64,000 nt of DNA from contig JBEUKZ010000114.1 in NCBI GenBank assembly GCA_048128005.1, positions 1 to 64,000 on the forward strand. Reading direction: 5' to 3'. This DNA is from Veleropilina oligotropha. Its lineage: Eukaryota. The notes beneath the pieces were generated by a model. It saw only the letters and a list, made by a program, of their open reading frames with translations, ran no database searches and was not told the DNA's origin. Position numbers and translations under genes: made by a program. Positions 52,926 to 64,000 of the stretch are shown here, in pieces; position 1 is the first letter of the stretch; each line of letters opens with the position of its first letter.

Positions 52926-54085
52926 GAATACCATTATAGTAACCTTGATGCGATAAATTCGCTATATCCAACAAGATGATTACATAAGCTAAATAATTCG
53001 ACTATGCTGTAAATATCAAATTTAAACCCGATTCTATTGGCTTCAACTGTGCCCAAACTAACGATATATACCGAAAAAAACTACTTTCTAACTTGAGCCT
53101 GCAAGGTTATTTCAAATATATATTTGAAATTAGTTACCATTTTTGCAATGATGTTTAAGTCGATTACATCACTTGGTTTTTTATGTCTTGATCTTTTTGT
53201 AAAAAAGGACGAGACATTATCAAATGGTCCGTGTGTGTGTGTATATGTGTATGTGTATGTGTATGTGTATGTGTGCGTGTATGTGTGCGTGTGTGTGTGC
53301 GTGTGCGTGTGCGTGTGTGTGTGTGCGTGTGTGTGTGTGCGTGTGTGTGTGTGCGTATGTGTGTGTGCGTATGTGTGTGTGCGTATGTGTGTGTGCGTAT
53401 GTGTGTGTGCGTATGTGTGTGTGCGTATGTGTGTGTGCGTATGTGTGTGTGCGTATGTGTGTGTGCGTATGTGTGTGTGCGTATGTGTGTGTGCGTATGT
53501 GTGTGTGCGTATGTGTGTGTGCGTATGTGTGTGTGCGTATGTGTGTGTGCGTATGTGTGTGTGCGTATGTGTGTGTGCGTATGTGTGTGTGCGTATGTGT
53601 GTGTGCGTATGTGTGTGTGCGTATGTGTGTGTGCGTATGTGTGTGTGCGTATGTGTGTGTGCGTATGTGTGTGTGCGTATGTGTGTGTGCGTATGTGTGT
53701 GTGCGTATGTGTGTGTGCGTATGTGTGTGTGCGTATGTGTGTGTGCGTATGTGTGTGTGCGTATGTGTGTGTGCGTATGTGTGTGTGCGTATGTGTGTGT
53801 GCGTATGTGTGTGTGCGTATGTGTGTGTGCGTATGTGTGTGTGCGTATGTGTGTGTGCGTATGTGTGTGTGCGTATGTGTGTGTGCGTATGTGTGTGTGC
53901 GTATGTGTGTGTGCGTATGTGTGTGTGCGTATGTGTGTGTGCGTATGTGTGTGTGCGTATGTGTGTGTGCGTATGTGTGTGTGCGTATGCGTGTGTGCGT
54001 ATGTGTGTGTGCGTATGTGTGTGTGCGTATGTGTGTGTGCGTATGTGTGTGTGCGTATGCGTGTGTGCGTATGCGTGCGTGCGTA

Positions 54086-54168
<83 letters not shown>

Positions 54169-54665
54169 ATGCGTGCATGCGTGCATGCGTGCATGCGTGC
54201 ATGCATGCATGCATGCATGCATGCATGCATGCATGTATGCATGTATGCATGTATGCATGTATGTATGTATGTATGTATGTATGTATGTATGTATGTATGT
54301 ATGTATGTATGTATGTATGTATGTATATATGTATATATGTATATATGTATATATATATACGAATACCATTATAGTAACCTTGATGCGATAAATTCGCTAT
54401 ATCCAACAAGATGATTACATCAGCTAAATAATTCGACTATGCTGTAAATATCAAATTTAAACCCGATTCTATTGGCTTCAACTGTGCCCAAACTAACGAT
54501 ATATACCGAAAAAAACTACTTTCTAACTTGAGCCTGCAAGGTTATTTCAAATATATATTTGAAATTAGTTACCATTTTTGCAATGATGTTTAAGTCGATT
54601 ACATCACTTGGTTTTTTATGTCTTGACCTTTTTGTAAAAAAGGACGAGACATTATCAAATGGTCC

Positions 54666-54666
<1 letters not shown>
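52926..54666. repeat. direct duplication of a ~306-bp block, each copy followed by microsatellite
   Basis: 52926-53231 versus 54361-54666; two differences seen. Confidence 0.92.
53231..54360. repeat. compound GT/GC/AT microsatellite
   Basis: (GTGTGTGTGCGTAT)n, then (GTGC)n, (GCAT)n, (GTAT)n. Confidence 0.97.
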
Positions 54667-60299
<5,633 letters not shown>

Positions 60300-60919
60300 G
60301 TAGATTTATTTGAAAACTACCGGTTCAATTTTCACCAAAATTGGTATGCACATTCACAAGAGTATTTGTAGATCGTGTATATAACTTTCGCGACACAATT
60401 TTGCAAAACTATGCATTTATTAACCACTTTTATGCATATTTCCTATATAACGTATGTCAAATAAGAAAATAGCAATGACGTCATTACGATGACGCTTTAG
60501 ATTAATCATCATTGGGTGACGTCACAATCGACGGGGTGGTAAAGCCATGAAGTGCACTTAGCCATAGTAACGTTATAACTGTTATGAAAATTTGACGGAA
60601 ATAAAGACAAGGTCAAGACATATTCCGAACGCATCGTTCTTGTTATTATCTAATTAGTGAAATCAGCAGCTAAACCACTCGACGCTAGGAACCTCGTCGC
60701 CGAATTGACCGATTAGACAACAAAACGTGATATCACTCAAATAGGGCCTATAAGAATTTCATAGATAGATGCCATGTTTTTTCCCTCTAAAACCTTCATT
60801 AAACAATGTTATCGTGTACTGTAACTTAGATTACAATAACTAAGAAACAACCCCACGTACATATTTGAAGTTTTTAAGCCTGGCTGCTGCATTTGATTTT
60901 GATTTGATCGATACTTTAA

Positions 60920-63086
60920 GGCGGTGTCACACATTCGAGACCTAAAGTCACGATCAGCCACGACCTTCACGATCTGAATTTTGTAAATATCGCGGGGAGC
61001 ACGTTGGAAATGACGTGGCGCCAAACTAAAAAATGCCACGAGGTGAAGTACAACTCACGTTTGTCAAGAGCTATAGACGAGCTACAAACGAAATTACTCT
61101 GGTCATTTAATGGTCTAAGGAAAGACTTGACACAGTTATATGCTAAGTTTTCTCAATGTGTTGGTTGAATCATTCTGTCCTGCCATGGAAGTGAGCCAGC
61201 TGGTGAATTCAGGTAGAGCCTCTGCTTCTTAGCCTTCTTGCTGTCACGATTGGGAGCTTCTACATTCACCACATCTTGCATATTTCGCCCCCGTCTCCAT
61301 TCACCAGGGATGACTAATCTATTCTGATGATCTTCAACATCCACTGCTCCAGGCTGCAGGGCCGGGTATCGGATCCTTATAAGGTTGTGGAGGCTTCCAC
61401 AAGCTTGGACAATAATCTTCACTGTATCCGGATCTTGCTGCATTGTAGAGAGTAGGACTTGAAACCTCTCAGCCAGGATGCCAAATGCATTTTCCACAAC
61501 CCTGCGTCCTCGGGAAAGGCGGTAATTGAAGATCCGTTCTTCCATCGTCATACCACGGATAATGAATGGCTTCATCTAATTCGTCCGCAGACCGAAGGCA
61601 GAAGAATGGCATATCTCTGTTGTCACCAGGTAGTGGTTCAGGGTCAGGGAAGCCGATGGTCTGGTTGTCAAGAGCTTCCTTCAACTCAGAATCATTATAG
61701 ATCTGAGCATCTGATGAGGCACCATCAGGTCATACATCTATCCACAAAAATTATAGTCCGCATCCACCAGCGCCATCATGATGATTGAGAAGACGCCTTT
61801 ATAATTGTGGTATAGTGAACCAGTGTTGGCAGGGCACTTGCAGGACACATGCTTACCATCCAATGCACCGCAAACATGTGGGAAATTCCATCTCATTAGA
61901 AATTCCTCAGCTATGGCACGCCATTCAGCAGTATATGGGCACTGGATGACTTCCTCTGCGTATTCGTCAATTATTTCTTGGCAGACTTCTTTGACAAGTA
62001 CGGATATGGTGTTTCCAGGTACTCGGAAATCCCACTTCAAGCTGCTGTAGCTGTCACCGGAAGCTAGATGCCGCATTGTCACAGCAAACTTGAGTCCGGC
62101 ATCAAGGGCTTTTCTCAACCAAGTGTCTTCTTTGGTGATCCTTGGTCTTATCCTCTCCAGGACTTCATCGTACAGTGCTGGAGTCGGTCTCATGAAGTTC
62201 TGGAATCCTTCCGGGTGTTCTGCTCTGAGCTCATTCATCAAGGTATCATACTGCCCAAACTGCTGTCTTCTCTGCACCCAAGGTTTCACCCAGTGTCTCG
62301 TCCTCCTTTGCCGTCTATTTCTTCTCACATATAATTGCGCTAGCAGAAGGTCGTCTTGTGCTTGCTCAGCATCAAGTATTGCAGCCATCTGCACAATACG
62401 AAGCCTACGAGCATTCATGTTGACTGCTCAAATGACTACGGCTGAATGACGCACACATACTGAGTAGCCTAATTATACTAAAAGTGAGCAGGATGTGTCG
62501 TCTTGGCAACCGTTTATTTATTGGTATTGCGGTGTTTTTGAAGCTAACTTGAGTATAACGTCAATAGTACGGATATATCTGTTGTCACTCTTTTACCATC
62601 TTCAAGCGGTCTTAAAGCCATCGGCAGTGAGCCGGGGCAGAGTTTAGTCGAACGCATAATAACGTCAGTTGGTCGTCAATACCTCGGGATGCAATCGTCA
62701 GTTGCACGTTTTGCTCTTGTGTCGCTTTAATCGGTCTTGAGTGGCACGTCTCGCTCCCATCACTTCCGACCATTAAGTCCACTTTAAGATGATGTAACGA
62801 GCGACTCACGACCGTCAAGACCATTTAAGAGCAGTTGACGACGGATTGGCGTCCGCTACCCGACGAAGGTAGATCGGCTGACTCTCACGATTGTTTTCAG
62901 CAAGGTAGAATTGTTCGTGAGAGTTAGACGACTTCTCACGTCGTTCACGACACACTGAAGACCACTTAAATCCTATATCAGAGCCTGGCAAGTGCTCCAA
63001 AACCTTTCGCGAGGGACTCGCGATTTTTTCACTTTTCACATCGTCAGGTGATCGTGGAGCAAAATCGGGAATGTGTGACATCCGCA
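60920..63086 (-). mobile_element. PIF/Harbinger DNA transposon, deletion derivative
   Basis: TIRs GGCGGTGTCACACATTC and GAATGTGTGACATCCGCA; TTAA on both flanks; CACGA-rich subterminal regions. Confidence 0.85.
61153..62418 (-). pseudogene. Harbinger (HARBI1-like) DDE transposase, frameshifted
   Basis: LASGDSY..F, WNFPHVCGALDGKH, YHNYKG.FSI, SSDAQIY, FNYRLSRGRRVVENAFGIL; frameshifts near 61745 and 61600. Confidence 0.92.
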
Positions 63087-63301
63087 TTAACAACCGGCCA
63101 GGTGCGTGCAAGAACGTGTTCATATTATGACTGGAGGAAAGTTGAATCACCCTGCAAAACTCTATCTATCCGGTCAGTTATGGACAAATGTTAATGGTAA
63201 CTGAACAAAGAATGCAATTTCCCACACCGAGGGTGGAACGTACCTCTGTATAGCCCAGTCTCACTGTCACGATATAACTCCCGATTAGTCACGATCTGAA
63301 A

Positions 63302-63507
63302 AATGTCCTATATATTTACAACCATCTGATTCAAAGCAGAACATGTCTGTAGTATCACGTGGAAACCAGCCCTCTCCGACCAGCTATGGATAACTGATTC
63401 ATAAATGAACAAATCATGCCATGAATCCATTACTGCTCGAGGTCGCGGAATGAAGCCAGTGATATTCAGAGTTTGCAACCGAAACCACACAACTGTCGGA
63501 GCGGTCT
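63302..63507 (-). mobile_element. diverged SINE family A copy
   Basis: Reverse complement aligns with 961-1197 and 31940-32199 (GTGGTTTCGGTTGCA.ACT..GAATAT.ACTG). Confidence 0.7.
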
Positions 63508-63700
63508 ACGAAAATGTTTAATTCCATTACCCATGGAGACCTCTATGGGAACGGTTTTACTATATATATATAAGAAACTGAATGTCAATGTGCAAGTATA
63601 TCGGGAATGTAACGGTATTACACGAAGTAAAATCATTAGCCATACGGAGCAGGAAAAGCTATGAAATGATCGGACGTACGAATTATACAACAGGTGTGGA

Positions 63701-63960
63701 GGAGGAGGAATGATGCTTAATGTCCTGTATATTTACAACATCGAGGTTCAAGGCAGGACATGTCCGTGTTGTTGCGGGAGGAAACCCCGGTCGCCCGGGT
63801 AAACCCGCCCTCTTCGGCCAGTCGCGGACAACAGTGATTCATAACTTGCACAAATGTCAATACCTCAGCCAGGTATTGAACCCACTACTGTTCGCATTAG
63901 CGGAATCAAGCCAGTGAATTTAGAGTGGACACTGTTACCCACTGAGCTGCCGAAGCGGCC
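63701..63960 (-). mobile_element. SINE family A, young full-length copy
   Basis: 15-bp TSD TACAACAGGTGTGGA at 63686-63700 and 63961-63975; (TCC)n tail. Confidence 0.93.
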
Positions 63961-64000
63961 TACAACAGGTGTGGAACGCACATAAAGTATGTCGTCAATT

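Overview
AT-rich, gene-poor animal genomic DNA made almost entirely of transposon debris. A marine invertebrate (probably lophotrochozoan) origin is inferred from the repeat repertoire only. No host protein-coding gene, rRNA, bona fide tRNA or CRISPR can be supported. DNA transposons: a dead ISL2EU-type transposase whose catalytic core contains a 48-copy 30-bp coding minisatellite, a degenerate Academ element (TAG..CTA ends, TAT TSD) hosting a four-level nest of insertions, a Harbinger element with a frameshifted transposase, and several TIR/foldback MITEs. LINE remnants: an L2 with a near-intact RT, RTE, CR1, L1/Tx1 and an internally deleted I/Nimb-clade element. Other repeats: at least two tRNA-derived SINE families, about ten Helentron/HINE-like non-autonomous elements carrying satellite arrays, and a ~6.7-kb graded purine-pyrimidine microsatellite that is the expanded microsatellite slot of one HINE-like element and may partly be an assembly artefact. 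Family assignments come from recognising motifs by eye, not from database searches.
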